Below are positions 27,102 through 37,343 of a DNA stretch of 64,000 nucleotides, one piece after another. Position 1 is the first letter of the stretch. Each line of letters begins with the position of its first letter. The notes beneath the pieces were generated by a model. The model did not search any database, was not told the origin of the DNA, and saw only the letters and a list, made by a program, of their open reading frames with translations. Origin of the DNA: Candidatus Dormiibacterota bacterium (lineage in GTDB: Bacteria; Chloroflexota; Dormibacteria; Dormibacterales; Dormibacteraceae); NCBI GenBank assembly GCA_035280285.1, contig DATEGC010000077.1, positions 1,027 to 65,026 on the forward strand, given 5' to 3'. The translations under genes and the position numbers were made by a program.

Positions 27102-28166
27102 GTGTCCCGAACTCGCTCATATACTCCGGCCGTGATCTGGCGACGCGGAGCTGACGACTCGGTTCAACCCGAGCCGGCGCGGCCAGACGCCTTCGGGGAG
27201 ATGCTCGAGGCGGCGCCGATCATGGCCATCCTGCTCGACGCCGATTTCCGCGTCCTGCGCGCCAACAATGCCGCGCGTGACTTCTTCGACATTGATCCTT
27301 CACGGCTGCCTGCGAGCCTGGTCGAGGTCACGCTCGAATCGCGCCTCTTCGAGATAGTTGCCGGCCGCGCGCAGCGGACCGAAGCGCAGCTCGTCCATCA
27401 CCGACGCACGGTGGAGACCCATCTCGTCGCCGGTCCTGGCACAGGTCAGTGGATCCTGTTCCTACTCGACATCAGCGAGGTGCGCCGTCTGGCGACGGTC
27501 AGACAGGAGTTCGTGGCCAACCTGGTACATGAGCTGAAGACGCCCATCACATCGCTGCGCCTCACGGCCGAGAGCCTGCTCGGCGACCCACAGCCAAGGG
27601 ACCGCCGCCGGTTTGCGGACCGTCTCGTCGGCGAGGCCGATCTGATCAGCAAGATCATCGACAACCTTCGCCAGCTCGGCGACATCGAGACAGGCCTGAT
27701 GGCTGTCGACCTGTCCCGCTTCGAGCTCGGAGAGCTCGTCACCGACAGCATCGCCCGCCTGGGCATCGTCCGCCCCGTCAACGCCGCGATCCCAGAGGGC
27801 CTGGTCATCGAGACCGACCGCGCGAAGCTCGTCCAGGCCCTCGACAACCTGCTCGACAACGCAGCCAAGTTCTCTCCGCCTGGCACCGCCATCGACGTCG
27901 AGGCGGGGGTGACTGACGGCGAGCTCGTGCTCAGCGTGCGCGACCGCGGGCCCGGCATCTCACCTGAGCACTGGAGCCGCGTGTTCGAGCGCTTCTACAA
28001 AGTAGACCGCGCGCGCCCCCGCGAATCCGGCGGGTTCGGTCTCGGCCTCGCCATCACGAAGCACCTGGTCCAGGTGCTTGGCGGCAGGATCTGGACCGAG
28101 ACGGCTCGGGAGGGCGGCCAGGTCTTCTACATCGGCCTGCCGAGCAAAGTCTTAACCGACCGATAA
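27102..28166 (+). CDS. phoR: PhoR-like sensor histidine kinase without transmembrane segments
   Basis: PAS-like N-terminus, HisKA H-box FVANLVHELKTPITSL, ATPase motifs DNAAKFS, DRGPGI, GGFGLGLAI. No hydrophobic helix. Start uncertain because it abuts the Pho box array. Confidence 0.8.
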   Translation: MSRTRSYTPAVIWRRGADDSVQPEPARPDAFGEMLEAAPIMAILLDADFRVLRANNAARDFFDIDPSRLPASLVEVTLESRLFEIVAGRAQRTEAQLVHHRRTVETHLVAGPGTGQWILFLLDISEVRRLATVRQEFVANLVHELKTPITSLRLTAESLLGDPQPRDRRRFADRLVGEADLISKIIDNLRQLGDIETGLMAVDLSRFELGELVTDSIARLGIVRPVNAAIPEGLVIETDRAKLVQALDNLLDNAAKFSPPGTAIDVEAGVTDGELVLSVRDRGPGISPEHWSRVFERFYKVDRARPRESGGFGLGLAITKHLVQVLGGRIWTETAREGGQVFYIGLPSKVLTDR

Positions 28167-28195
28167 ATTCCGCTTAATCCAGACGAGCCTATTCT
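28151..28195 (+). promoter_or_regulatory. putative Pho box array and -10 element for pstB-phoU-phoB-pstCA
   Basis: CTTAA-N6-GATAA-N6-CTTAA (11-bp phasing), then 12 nt, then TATTCT; overlaps the phoR stop codon. Confidence 0.5.
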
Positions 28196-28205
28196 GGATC
28201 GGGGA

Positions 28206-29048
<843 letters not shown>

Positions 29049-29052
29049 GCAC

Positions 29053-29715
29053 ATGCCACGACTGACATTTGAAAGAGAGCTCGCCAGTCTGCGCGAGGCA
29101 TTGGTGCGGATGGGAACCCTTGTCGAGTCGCAGATCGAAGCGGCGCTCGACGCGCTGCGGCGGCGGGACGGGGCGGCGGCGGAAAAGGTTCGGGCGCAGG
29201 ACCACTACCTGAACGAGCTGTTCCGCCAGATGCGCGAGCAGGTCTTCATGGTCATCTCCACGCAGCAGCCGGTGGCACGAGACCTGCGTTACCTGATGGG
29301 CCTGCAGTACATCGCGACCGAGCTGGAGCGGATGGGCGACTACGCGGTCCGCATCGCCCGCATGACCGGCACGCTGGTCGGGCTGCCCGACCGTCCGCTG
29401 CGCGCGGAGTTCGGCCTGATGGGCGAGCTCGCCATCGGCCAGGTGCACGACATCCTCGAGGCGCTCATCGACCAGAACGAACCCAGGGCTCGCGAAGTCG
29501 CCGGCCGGGACAACGAGATCGACCGCCTCTACCACCGCGTTTTCGAGGACCTGGTCAAGGAGATGGGCAACGGAAAGGCGGATACCGACGATGCGCTGCG
29601 CGATGTGACGCTGCTGCTGGTCGCGCACAACCTCGAGCGCATCGCGGACCGCGTCACCAACGTGGCGGAGGACATCGTCTTTCTCGAGTCCGGACAGGTG
29701 GTCGAGCTGGGATGA
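29053..29715 (+). CDS. phoU: phosphate signalling complex protein PhoU
   Basis: 220 aa with two PhoU repeats (ELERMGDYAVRIA, NLERIADRVTNVAEDI). Confidence 0.9.
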   Translation: MPRLTFERELASLREALVRMGTLVESQIEAALDALRRRDGAAAEKVRAQDHYLNELFRQMREQVFMVISTQQPVARDLRYLMGLQYIATELERMGDYAVRIARMTGTLVGLPDRPLRAEFGLMGELAIGQVHDILEALIDQNEPRAREVAGRDNEIDRLYHRVFEDLVKEMGNGKADTDDALRDVTLLLVAHNLERIADRVTNVAEDIVFLESGQVVELG

Positions 29716-30446
29716 CGCGCGCCAGCGCCAACGGCAGCGCCGGCCGCGTGCTGGTGGTGGAAGATGACGAGGGCATCAGGGAGATGCTCAAGTACAACCT
29801 CGTCACGGCTGGGTTCTCGGTCCATGAAGCAAGTGACGGGGCGTCAGGCCTGCGCACCGCGCGAACCGCGCGACCGGACCTGATCCTGCTCGACCTGATG
29901 CTGCCTGGCATGAGCGGATTCGACTTCTGCCGCGCCCTGCGCAAGTCGAGCCGGGTCCCCATCATCATGATCACGGCCAAGGACGCGGAGGTCGACAAGA
30001 TCGTCGGCCTCGAGCTCGGCGCCGACGACTACATCACCAAGCCGTTCTCCGTCCGCGAGGTGCTCGCGAGGGTGAACGCCGTGCTCCGCCGGGCATCGCC
30101 TGAGGCGAACGAGCCCAAGTCGGTGCCCGAGCGAGACGCGATCGGCGACTTCACCATCGACCGCGCCGCCCGCCGCGTGGTGCTCCGTGAACGAGACGTG
30201 AAGCTGACCGCGCGCGAGTTTGACCTCCTCTCTTACCTGCTCGCCCACCCGGCGCGGGTCCACACGCGCGACGTCTTGCTCGAGAACGTGTGGGGCCACG
30301 AGTTCTCAGGCGACCGCAAGACGGTCGACGTTCATGTGCGATGGCTGCGAGAGAAGTTCGCCGGCGTGGCTCCATTCGAGATCGTGACCGTACGCGGCAT
30401 CGGCTATCGGCTCGACCGCAAGCCTTCCAGCGAAGGCGCGGCGTAG
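29712..30446 (+). CDS. phoB: OmpR-family response regulator, PhoB/PhoP-like
   Basis: VLVVEDDEGIR, LILLDLMLPGMSG, ADDYITKPF; winged-helix C-terminus (VRGIGYRL); ATGA overlap with phoU. Confidence 0.85.
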   Translation: MTRASANGSAGRVLVVEDDEGIREMLKYNLVTAGFSVHEASDGASGLRTARTARPDLILLDLMLPGMSGFDFCRALRKSSRVPIIMITAKDAEVDKIVGLELGADDYITKPFSVREVLARVNAVLRRASPEANEPKSVPERDAIGDFTIDRAARRVVLRERDVKLTAREFDLLSYLLAHPARVHTRDVLLENVWGHEFSGDRKTVDVHVRWLREKFAGVAPFEIVTVRGIGYRLDRKPSSEGAA

Positions 30447-30450
30447 GCGC

Positions 30451-31404
30451 ATGGCCGTCGGGCTAGGTGCCGGAACGGCCGACACCAGGGCGGCACCGCG
30501 ACCGCGCGACGGCTTTCGCGAGGTGGTCGCGATCGTCGGGAGCGCAGTACCCGCGGTGCTCGTGCTGATCGTCCTCACCCTCCTGCAGCAGGCGCGGCCG
30601 TCGATCGAGCACTTCGGCCTGCGCTTCTTGATCGCGACCGATTGGAATCCCGTCACCGAGAGCTTTGGCGCCCTGCCGGCGATCTTCGGCACCGTCGCCA
30701 CTTCCTTCATGGCGCTCGCCCTGGCGCTGCCCGTCGGCGTGGCCGTGGCGGTGATTCTGGCCGAGCCAGGCCACTCCACCCTCCGAGGCGTCATCGGCAC
30801 CGGGATCGAGCTGCTGGCGGCCATTCCCAGCGTGGTCTATGGAATCTGGGCCCTGTACGTGTTGGCGCCGTGGTCTTACGAGCACGTCGAGGTGCCCCTG
30901 TCTCAGCACGTCGCGTTGATCGGCTGGCTGCAGGAGCCGGCCGTCCGCGGCCTGTTCAACGCCGCCCTGGTGCTGGCGGTGATGATCCTGCCCACCCTGA
31001 CCGCCATTTCCCGCGACGTCGTCAAAGCGGTGCCCCGTGGCCTCAAGGAGAACGCGGTCGCGTTAGGGGCGACGTGGTGGGAGACGACGTGGAGGGTCAT
31101 CTTGCCCTCGGCCCGGGCCGGCATCTTCGGCGCCACCATCCTCGGCCTCGGCCGCGCCCTTGGCGAAACGATCGCGGTGACGATGGTGATCGGCAACCAG
31201 TACCAGATCCCGCACTCGATCTTCCAGCCCGCCTACACCCTGGCAAGCATCATCGCGAACGAGTTCAACGAAGCGACTGGGACGATCTACCCGGCGGCGC
31301 TTGTCGAGCTCGGCCTGGTACTCATCCTGGTCACGCTGGCCGTCAATATCATCGCCCTTCTCCTCGTTCATTCGACCTCGCGCGAGGCGCGGTTGACCGC
31401 ATGA
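30451..31404 (+). CDS. pstC: phosphate ABC transporter permease PstC
   Basis: 317 aa multi-TM protein; EAA-loop-like LGATWWETTWRVILPSARAGI. Confidence 0.9.
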   Translation: MAVGLGAGTADTRAAPRPRDGFREVVAIVGSAVPAVLVLIVLTLLQQARPSIEHFGLRFLIATDWNPVTESFGALPAIFGTVATSFMALALALPVGVAVAVILAEPGHSTLRGVIGTGIELLAAIPSVVYGIWALYVLAPWSYEHVEVPLSQHVALIGWLQEPAVRGLFNAALVLAVMILPTLTAISRDVVKAVPRGLKENAVALGATWWETTWRVILPSARAGIFGATILGLGRALGETIAVTMVIGNQYQIPHSIFQPAYTLASIIANEFNEATGTIYPAALVELGLVLILVTLAVNIIALLLVHSTSREARLTA

Positions 31405-32273
31405 ACCGCAACCTCCGCAGGCGTTACGCAAGCCGGGCCTGGCTCGGCCTCATGTATCTGTTGACGGCGCTGGCGCTCATCCCGCTCGGCCTGGTTCTCT
31501 GGTTCACGGCCGCCAAGGGTCTGCCTTCGGTGATCCACCCGGAGTTTTTCTTCAACGTCGAGCTCCCGCCATGCGAGCCATCCTGTCCGGAGGTGCTCAA
31601 GGCGGGCGTCGCGCACGCGATCGTGGGCACCGCGATCATGGTCGGGCTCGCATCGCTGATGGCGATCCCACTGGGCATCCTCGCCGGCATCTACATGGCC
31701 GAGTACGACGTCGCCCGTTGGTCAGCCTGGGTCCGGCTCGCATGCGACGTGCTGGTGGGCACACCGTCGATCGCCGTCGGACTTTTCGTCTACGCGTTCC
31801 TGGTGGTCCCGTTCCACCACTTCTCCGCGTTTTCGGGTTCGGTCGCGCTGGCCGTCCTCATGCTGCCGATCGTGGCCCGCACCACTGAAGGCGCGGTGGC
31901 GCTGATTCCCAACGGACTACGGGAATCGGGGCTGGCACTGGGCCTGCCTCGCTGGCGCATCTCCCTCCAGCTGATCGTGCCCGCGGCCGCGCCGGGAGTG
32001 ATCACGGGTGCGCTGCTGTCGGTCGCCCGCGCCGCCGGCGAGACCGCGCCGCTGCTGTTCACCGCGTTTGGCGCCCATCTCCTGGTGTGGAGTCCTAACA
32101 CCGCGATGCAGGCGCTGCCTCTGACCGTGTTCCGGTACGCGTTGCTCCCCTACAAGTCCCTGCAGGCGCAAGCATGGGGCGCGGCCCTGGTCCTGATCAT
32201 CATGGTGCTCGGCATCAATCTGCTCAGCCGCTGGGTGCTGCGGCGGCAGATCGCGCTGGCCGGTCAGCTCTAG
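31401..32273 (+). CDS. pstA: phosphate ABC transporter permease PstA
   Basis: Start at ATG 31401 (ATGA overlap with pstC): MNRNLRRRYASRAWLGLMYLL. LGLPRWRISLQLIVPAAAPG EAA loop. The longer ORF-track version is a frame shadow over pstC. Confidence 0.9.
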   Translation: MNRNLRRRYASRAWLGLMYLLTALALIPLGLVLWFTAAKGLPSVIHPEFFFNVELPPCEPSCPEVLKAGVAHAIVGTAIMVGLASLMAIPLGILAGIYMAEYDVARWSAWVRLACDVLVGTPSIAVGLFVYAFLVVPFHHFSAFSGSVALAVLMLPIVARTTEGAVALIPNGLRESGLALGLPRWRISLQLIVPAAAPGVITGALLSVARAAGETAPLLFTAFGAHLLVWSPNTAMQALPLTVFRYALLPYKSLQAQAWGAALVLIIMVLGINLLSRWVLRRQIALAGQL

Positions 32274-32494
32274 GCGCGAGATGTCTCGCGTCCTCATTGA
32301 TTGGAACCTACGCGACTCCAAGACCTGGCGATCGAAGAGGTCCGCTAGATCCGCGTGGGGATCGAACTCCGCGTCGCCGGTCTTGTTAAAGAACTCGACC
32401 GCGCTGCGATTGGCCGTTAAACTCACTCGGGACGTCAGTTTCGCCGCGCAGGGACCCCGCACGCCCAAACGTTTTAGCTGACGAAGGAGCAACC

Positions 32495-32917
32495 GTGGCA
32501 ACAAAGATCTTGGAAATTGCGGATGTGAACGTGATCAGGGCTGCGGGCGGGGTTGTGATCCGCAAGTCCCGTTCCAGCGAGACCGAGATCGCGGTCATCC
32601 ACCGCCCCGCGTACGACGATTGGACCTTGCCGAAAGGCAAGGTCGAACCCGATGAGTCGCCCGAGGACTGCGCGCTGCGCGAGGTGCGGGAGGAGACAGG
32701 ACTTCGGTGCATGCTCGGCAGGGCTCTCGGGTGCACTGCATATGTCGACCGCCGCGGCCGGGACAAGGTTGCGTGCTACTGGGTGATGGAGGTCAAAGGC
32801 GGCCGATTCAAGCCGGGGATCGAGGTCGACAAACTACTGTGGCTGCCTGTGGAAGACGCGGTGAAACGGCTGACGTACGGCCGAGACAAGACGCTGCTCA
32901 TGCAGCAGGACCTGTGA
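32495..32917 (+). CDS. NUDIX hydrolase
   Basis: Nudix box GKVEPDESPEDCALREVREETG; GAAGGAG SD before the GTG start. Confidence 0.85.
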   Translation: MATKILEIADVNVIRAAGGVVIRKSRSSETEIAVIHRPAYDDWTLPKGKVEPDESPEDCALREVREETGLRCMLGRALGCTAYVDRRGRDKVACYWVMEVKGGRFKPGIEVDKLLWLPVEDAVKRLTYGRDKTLLMQQDL

Positions 32918-32941
32918 CAGAGAGCCGGTAAACTCGACCGC

Positions 32942-33730
32942 GTGCAGACACTGACGCACGTGGACCCGCTGGTCGTCGCCGGAGTCCAGCTTCGTTCTCG
33001 GCTCTTTCTGGGCACCGGCAAGTACACCACCGACGAGTCGATGCTCGCCTCTTTGGAGGCCTCGGGCTGCGAGCTCGTCACCGTCGCTCTGCGCCGCCTC
33101 GACCTCGACGACCCGAAGAAGAAGACGATCCTCGACGTGATTGACTGGAAGCGCTACCGCATCTTGCCGAATACAGCGGGGTGCCGCACCGCGGACGAGG
33201 CGATCCGCATCGCACGCCTGGCGCGGTCGATGGGTCTTTCCGACTGGGTCAAGCTCGAGGTCATACCTGATCCGCGCTACCTCTTTCCCGACCCTGAGGA
33301 GACGCTGAAGGCCACGCGCGTGCTGGTGGACGAGGGCTTCAAGGTCCTGCCCTACATCAACGCCGACCCGGTGCTCGCGCGCAAGCTCGAGGAAGTTGGC
33401 AGCGTGACGGTCATGCCACTGGGCTCGCCGATCGGCTCCGGCCAGGGCCTGCAGACCCTGGAGCAGATTCGCATCATCATCGAGGAGGCGCGCGTGCCGG
33501 TCGTCGTCGATGCCGGCATCGGCGTGCCTTCCGACGCCGCGCTCGCCATGGAGCTGGGCGCGGACGCCGTCCTCGTCAACACCGCGGTTGCGCTCGCGAA
33601 CGATCCCGCTCTCATGGCCGAGGCGATCAAAGAGGGCGTCGAGGCCGGGCGCAAGGCGTACGTGGCAGGCCGGATTCCGAAGCGCAGCGAAGCCAGCCCG
33701 AGCTCACCGACCGAGGGCATTTCCGTTTGA
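32942..33730 (+). CDS. thiG: thiazole synthase
   Basis: [42 protein letters not shown] motifs. Confidence 0.9.
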   Translation: MQTLTHVDPLVVAGVQLRSRLFLGTGKYTTDESMLASLEASGCELVTVALRRLDLDDPKKKTILDVIDWKRYRILPNTAGCRTADEAIRIARLARSMGLSDWVKLEVIPDPRYLFPDPEETLKATRVLVDEGFKVLPYINADPVLARKLEEVGSVTVMPLGSPIGSGQGLQTLEQIRIIIEEARVPVVVDAGIGVPSDAALAMELGADAVLVNTAVALANDPALMAEAIKEGVEAGRKAYVAGRIPKRSEASPSSPTEGISV

Positions 33731-33809
33731 GGAGGGACTCCCCCCTCGAGGCGCGGCGCCCGGCAGAGCCGGATCGCGGCGCACCCTCCTGTCCGAGATA
33801 GCCAGGCCG

Positions 33810-34322
33810 GTGGCGATGGCGATTGTTGCAAGCGCTGACGCCGGCCTGCGCGCGGCAGCTCGAGCAACCGTGTTGCAGCTGCGCGCTCCACACCTTCTCG
33901 TATCCGACCTGGAACGCGAGGCCGCTCGATTGGTCGTCTCGTCGCCGATTCCAGTCCTCGTGAGTGCGCGGTGCGACGTGGCCCTGGCCACCGGCTCCGC
34001 TGGCGTGAATCTGCCCGAGCGCGACATCCCGACGCCCGAAGCCCGCACGCTGCTGGGCCAACGATTGTTGGGCCGTTCGATCCATTCGCTCGACAGCGCC
34101 GTCGCGGCCGAGCGCGACGGGGCTGACTTCGTGATCTTCGGCCCGGTCTGGGAGAGCTCCACTCATCCGGACGTCCCGCCAGTCGGAATCGAAGCGCTGG
34201 CGCGGGTCGCTGCATCAGTGGCCATTCCAGTGCTCGCCATCGGCGGCGTGACCGAGGAGCGGATCCCAGCCGTTCACAAGGCGGGTGCGGCGGGTTATGC
34301 CGCCATCATGCTTTTCCAGTGA
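33810..34322 (+). CDS. thiE: thiamine-phosphate synthase (short form)
   Basis: VLQLRAP, GVNLPERDIP, GRSIHS, GADFVIFGPVWES, PVLAIGGV. Start at GTG 33810 or ATG 33816; the upstream part of the track ORF overlaps thiG in another frame. Confidence 0.7.
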   Translation: MAMAIVASADAGLRAAARATVLQLRAPHLLVSDLEREAARLVVSSPIPVLVSARCDVALATGSAGVNLPERDIPTPEARTLLGQRLLGRSIHSLDSAVAAERDGADFVIFGPVWESSTHPDVPPVGIEALARVAASVAIPVLAIGGVTEERIPAVHKAGAAGYAAIMLFQ

Positions 34323-34528
34323 TCGCGCTGCAGATCAACGGCAGGCGCGTGGAGCTGCACCAGACCATGCCCCTGCTCGAATACCTTCAGCAGCTCGACG
34401 TCGATGCGCGCGCTGTCGCGGTCGAGCACAACGGTGAGATCATCGAGCGCGCGTCCTACGCATCCGTCGTGCTGCGCGACGGTGACCAGGTCGAGATCGT
34501 GCGCATGGTTGGTGGCGGACTGCAGTAG
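34319..34528 (+). CDS. thiS: sulfur-carrier protein ThiS
   Basis: 69 aa beta-grasp pattern (INGRRVEL, VEHNGEII, DGDQVEIVRMVGGG); GTGA overlap with thiE. Ends GGGLQ rather than GG. Confidence 0.75.
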   Translation: MIALQINGRRVELHQTMPLLEYLQQLDVDARAVAVEHNGEIIERASYASVVLRDGDQVEIVRMVGGGLQ

Positions 34529-34566
34529 GCCCCACGAAATCGCGGCAAAGCCTCTTCGGGGGATTT

Positions 34567-36048
34567 CTAACTTCGCGCCCTGATCGCCGCTTCCGCCTCT
34601 GCCCTCTCGTCCCACGGTTCAGAGCCGTGGGCGGTCCGCATTGAGCGTTCGTGTCCCTTACCGGCGAGCAAGACGGTGTCGCCAGGCTGCGCCACCTCAA
34701 TCGCGCGGCGGATCGCCGCGCGGCGATCGATCACGACCTCGTAGTCGCGTCCCGGCGCGCGGCCCATGACGCCGGACTGCACGTCGCGCGCGATCTCGGT
34801 CGGGTCCTCGGTCAACGGGTCGTCGGTCGTGATGATGAAGAAGTCGGCGAACTCCGCCGCGGCGCGGCCCATGCCAGGCCGATCGTGGTCTGAGCGCGCA
34901 GTGGAGCCGAACACCACAATCAGCCGCCCGCGCGTGAACGGTCGCAGCTCGGCCAGCGCGCTGGCCAGCGAGCCCGCAGCGTGAGCGAAATCGATATACA
35001 CGCGGAACTCCTGGCCGAGGTCGACTGGTTCCAGCCTGCCGCGCACGCCTTCGAAACCCGCTAGCCCGCGACCGACGTCCTCGACCGCCACGCCCAGGGC
35101 AAGACAAACGCCGGCGGCGCACAGCGCGTTGTAGATGTTGAAACGGGCAGGCACATTGAGAATGACCTCGGTCTCTCCCATCGGTGTCTTCATCCGAAAC
35201 CTCGAACCCGAGCCCGTGATCGCGAGGTCCAGTGGATGCAGGTCAGACGCCGTGGTGAGACCGTATGTCCAGCGCCGCGCGATCGGACGCCGCGCGAGTC
35301 GCTCGAAGCTCGGGTCATCTCGGTTCAGCACCGCGGTCTTCTCGACGCCCTTGTCCGCGGCGCGCGAGGTGAGGTCGATAAGGCGAGCTTTCGCTTCCAG
35401 ATAGTCCTCCCACGTGGCGTGGTAGTCGAGATGGTCGCGACCCACGTTGGTGAAAGCGGCGACGTCGAAATCACACGCGTGAACCCGCTCCTGGACCAGC
35501 GCATGCGATGTGCTTTCGATGACCGCGCAAGCGGCGCCGGCCTCGACCATCCGCGCCAGCCACCCCTGGACCTCGGGGGCCTCGGTCGTCGTCTGCCCGG
35601 TGGCGTTGTCCACCTCGCGGCCGCTCACCTTGAAGGCGACAGTGCTCATCGCGCCGGCCACGATCCCGCTCGCCTGCAGCACGTGCTCGGCCATGTGCGT
35701 CACCGTGGTCTTGCCGTCGGTGCCGGTAATGCCGGCGAGCTTCAGCCTCCGCGAAGGCCGTCCGTAGAACTCGGCCGACAGCTCGGCAAGACCGACTCGC
35801 GTCGAAGGCAGGTGGAGGACCGGAATCCCCGGGCGCACCTTCACGTAGCGCTCGATGGCGACCGCAGCAGCACCCGCGCCGACCGCATCGTCCGCGTACG
35901 CGTGGCCGTCGACGTGCAGCCCTTGCACGGCGACAAAGAGGTCGCCGGGTGCGACGCGGCGGGAGTCGTAGGCGATGCCTGTGACTTCCACGTCGCCGTC
36001 GCCCTCGACCACCGCACCCGCCCCGCGGGCGAGGTCTGCGAGCTTCAT
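34567..36048 (-). CDS. murE: UDP-N-acetylmuramoyl-L-alanyl-D-glutamate--diamino-acid ligase
   Basis: Start at ATG 36048 (MKLADLARG). GITGTDGKTT P-loop, TSHAL, DFAH. DDPL occupies the DNPR specificity position. The 775-aa track ORF is extended by a shadow over folP. Confidence 0.85.
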   Translation of the reverse strand: MKLADLARGAGAVVEGDGDVEVTGIAYDSRRVAPGDLFVAVQGLHVDGHAYADDAVGAGAAAVAIERYVKVRPGIPVLHLPSTRVGLAELSAEFYGRPSRRLKLAGITGTDGKTTVTHMAEHVLQASGIVAGAMSTVAFKVSGREVDNATGQTTTEAPEVQGWLARMVEAGAACAVIESTSHALVQERVHACDFDVAAFTNVGRDHLDYHATWEDYLEAKARLIDLTSRAADKGVEKTAVLNRDDPSFERLARRPIARRWTYGLTTASDLHPLDLAITGSGSRFRMKTPMGETEVILNVPARFNIYNALCAAGVCLALGVAVEDVGRGLAGFEGVRGRLEPVDLGQEFRVYIDFAHAAGSLASALAELRPFTRGRLIVVFGSTARSDHDRPGMGRAAAEFADFFIITTDDPLTEDPTEIARDVQSGVMGRAPGRDYEVVIDRRAAIRRAIEVAQPGDTVLLAGKGHERSMRTAHGSEPWDERAEAEAAIRARS

Positions 36049-36072
36049 TAACAGTCTGAGGATAATCGCGTC

Positions 36073-36930
36073 GTGATCGCTGAAATCGGCGGCAACCGCT
36101 TCGAATGGGGCGCCCGTACTTACGTCATGGGAATCGTCAACGTCACGCCCGATTCGTTCAGCGGCGACGGGCTCGGTGGTGACGTGGACGCAGCAGTCGA
36201 GCAGGGCGTTCGCATGGCCAGCGAGGGAGCGGACATGATCGACGTCGGCGGTGAGTCCACGCGTCCAGGGCACGTCCCCGTCACGGCAGCCGAAGAGATC
36301 GCTCGCACCGAGACCGTCGTGCGGCGGCTCGCGCGGGGGTCCGGCGTCCCAGTGTCGATCGACACATATAAGGAAGAGGTAGCCGAGGCAGGAATCGCGG
36401 CCGGCGCAACCATCCTCAATGACGTATGGGGGCTGACGCGGTCTCCGGGAATCGCCGTGCTCGCCGCAAGGTCCGGCTCCGGCCTGGTCTTGATGCACAA
36501 CCAGGACGGGACCGAATACTCCGGCGACCTCATGGAGGAGATCAAGCGCTTTCTTGCCGCGGCTACCGCCCGTGCCATCGCCGCGGGCGTGCCGAAGGAA
36601 AGAGTGATCATCGATCCCGGCATCGGCTTCGGCAAGACAGCCGAGCAGAACTGGGAGGTGATGCGTCGCCTCGACGAGCTGAAGGAGGTCGGTCAGCCCA
36701 TCCTCGTCGGCACCTCTCGCAAGTCGTTCATCGGGAAGCTGCTCGACCTGCCAGTCACGGACCGGCTGGAGGGGACGACCGCCACGGTGGTGGGGGCTGT
36801 GCTGCGAGGGGCGGACATCGTGCGTGTGCACGACGTGAAACAGATGGTGCGTGCAGTGCGCGTCGCCGACCATATGCGCCGCCCCGGGCGCCATTCAGGT
36901 CGCCGCCCCGGGCATCAATCAGGTCGTTGA
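36073..36930 (+). CDS. folP: dihydropteroate synthase
   Basis: MGIVNVTPDSFSGDG, DVGGESTRPG, SIDTYK, DPGIGFGK, GTSRKSF. Confidence 0.9.
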   Translation: MIAEIGGNRFEWGARTYVMGIVNVTPDSFSGDGLGGDVDAAVEQGVRMASEGADMIDVGGESTRPGHVPVTAAEEIARTETVVRRLARGSGVPVSIDTYKEEVAEAGIAAGATILNDVWGLTRSPGIAVLAARSGSGLVLMHNQDGTEYSGDLMEEIKRFLAAATARAIAAGVPKERVIIDPGIGFGKTAEQNWEVMRRLDELKEVGQPILVGTSRKSFIGKLLDLPVTDRLEGTTATVVGAVLRGADIVRVHDVKQMVRAVRVADHMRRPGRHSGRRPGHQSGR

Positions 36931-37343
36931 CGCGGATTTATCTCGGGCTCGGTTCAAACCTTGGGCCGCGCCAGCGCAACCTCAGCGCCGCCCGACGCCG
37001 CCTACGCCACAAAGGTGTGCACATCATCCGTCAAAGCGGCGTTATCGAGACCGAGCCATGGGGCCTCACAGACCAGCCGAAGTTCTTGAACCAGGTCCTG
37101 GAGGCGGAATGGAGCGGCACGCCGCGCCAGCTGCTCCGCGTGGCCAAACAGGTCGAGCGCGAGGGTGGGCGGCGACCGTCGCGGAGGTGGGGTCCGCGCG
37201 TGATCGACATCGACATCCTTCTCTTCGGCGCCGAGCGCGTCTGGTTTCGGGACCTCGTCATCCCGCACCCGCACATCGCGGAACGGCAATTTGTGCTCGA
37301 GTCGCTGGCGGAGCTGGGGGTTACGCCGGCCGGGCGTTGGTGA
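36927..37343 (+). CDS. folK: 2-amino-4-hydroxy-6-hydroxymethyldihydropteridine diphosphokinase
   Basis: TTG 36927 overlaps the folP stop (TTGA). IYLGLGSNLG, RWGPRVIDIDILLF, IPHPHIAERQFVL. Confidence 0.85.
   Translation: MTRIYLGLGSNLGPRQRNLSAARRRLRHKGVHIIRQSGVIETEPWGLTDQPKFLNQVLEAEWSGTPRQLLRVAKQVEREGGRRPSRRWGPRVIDIDILLFGAERVWFRDLVIPHPHIAERQFVLESLAELGVTPAGRW

Noticed and set aside
30642-31400. N-terminal extension of the pstA ORF (543-aa track entry)
   Set aside because: It overlaps pstC in a different frame and is Arg/Gly/Pro-rich. pstA starts at ATG 31401, overlapping the pstC stop.
32335-32380. tRNA-like T-arm sequence GGGGATCGAACTCC
   Set aside because: The flanks do not form the T-stem, and no acceptor stem, D arm or anticodon arm can be drawn on either strand.
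32274-32941. Expected TPP riboswitch upstream of thiG-thiE-thiS
   Set aside because: I looked for the conserved CTGAGA and ACCTGATCTGGATAATGCCAGCG-like elements and found neither. thiG follows the NUDIX gene after only 24 bp.
36049-36894. N-terminal 282-aa extension of the murE ORF (775-aa track entry)
   Set aside because: The extension is antisense to folP and shows no homology pattern. MurE begins convincingly at MKLADLARG (ATG 36048).
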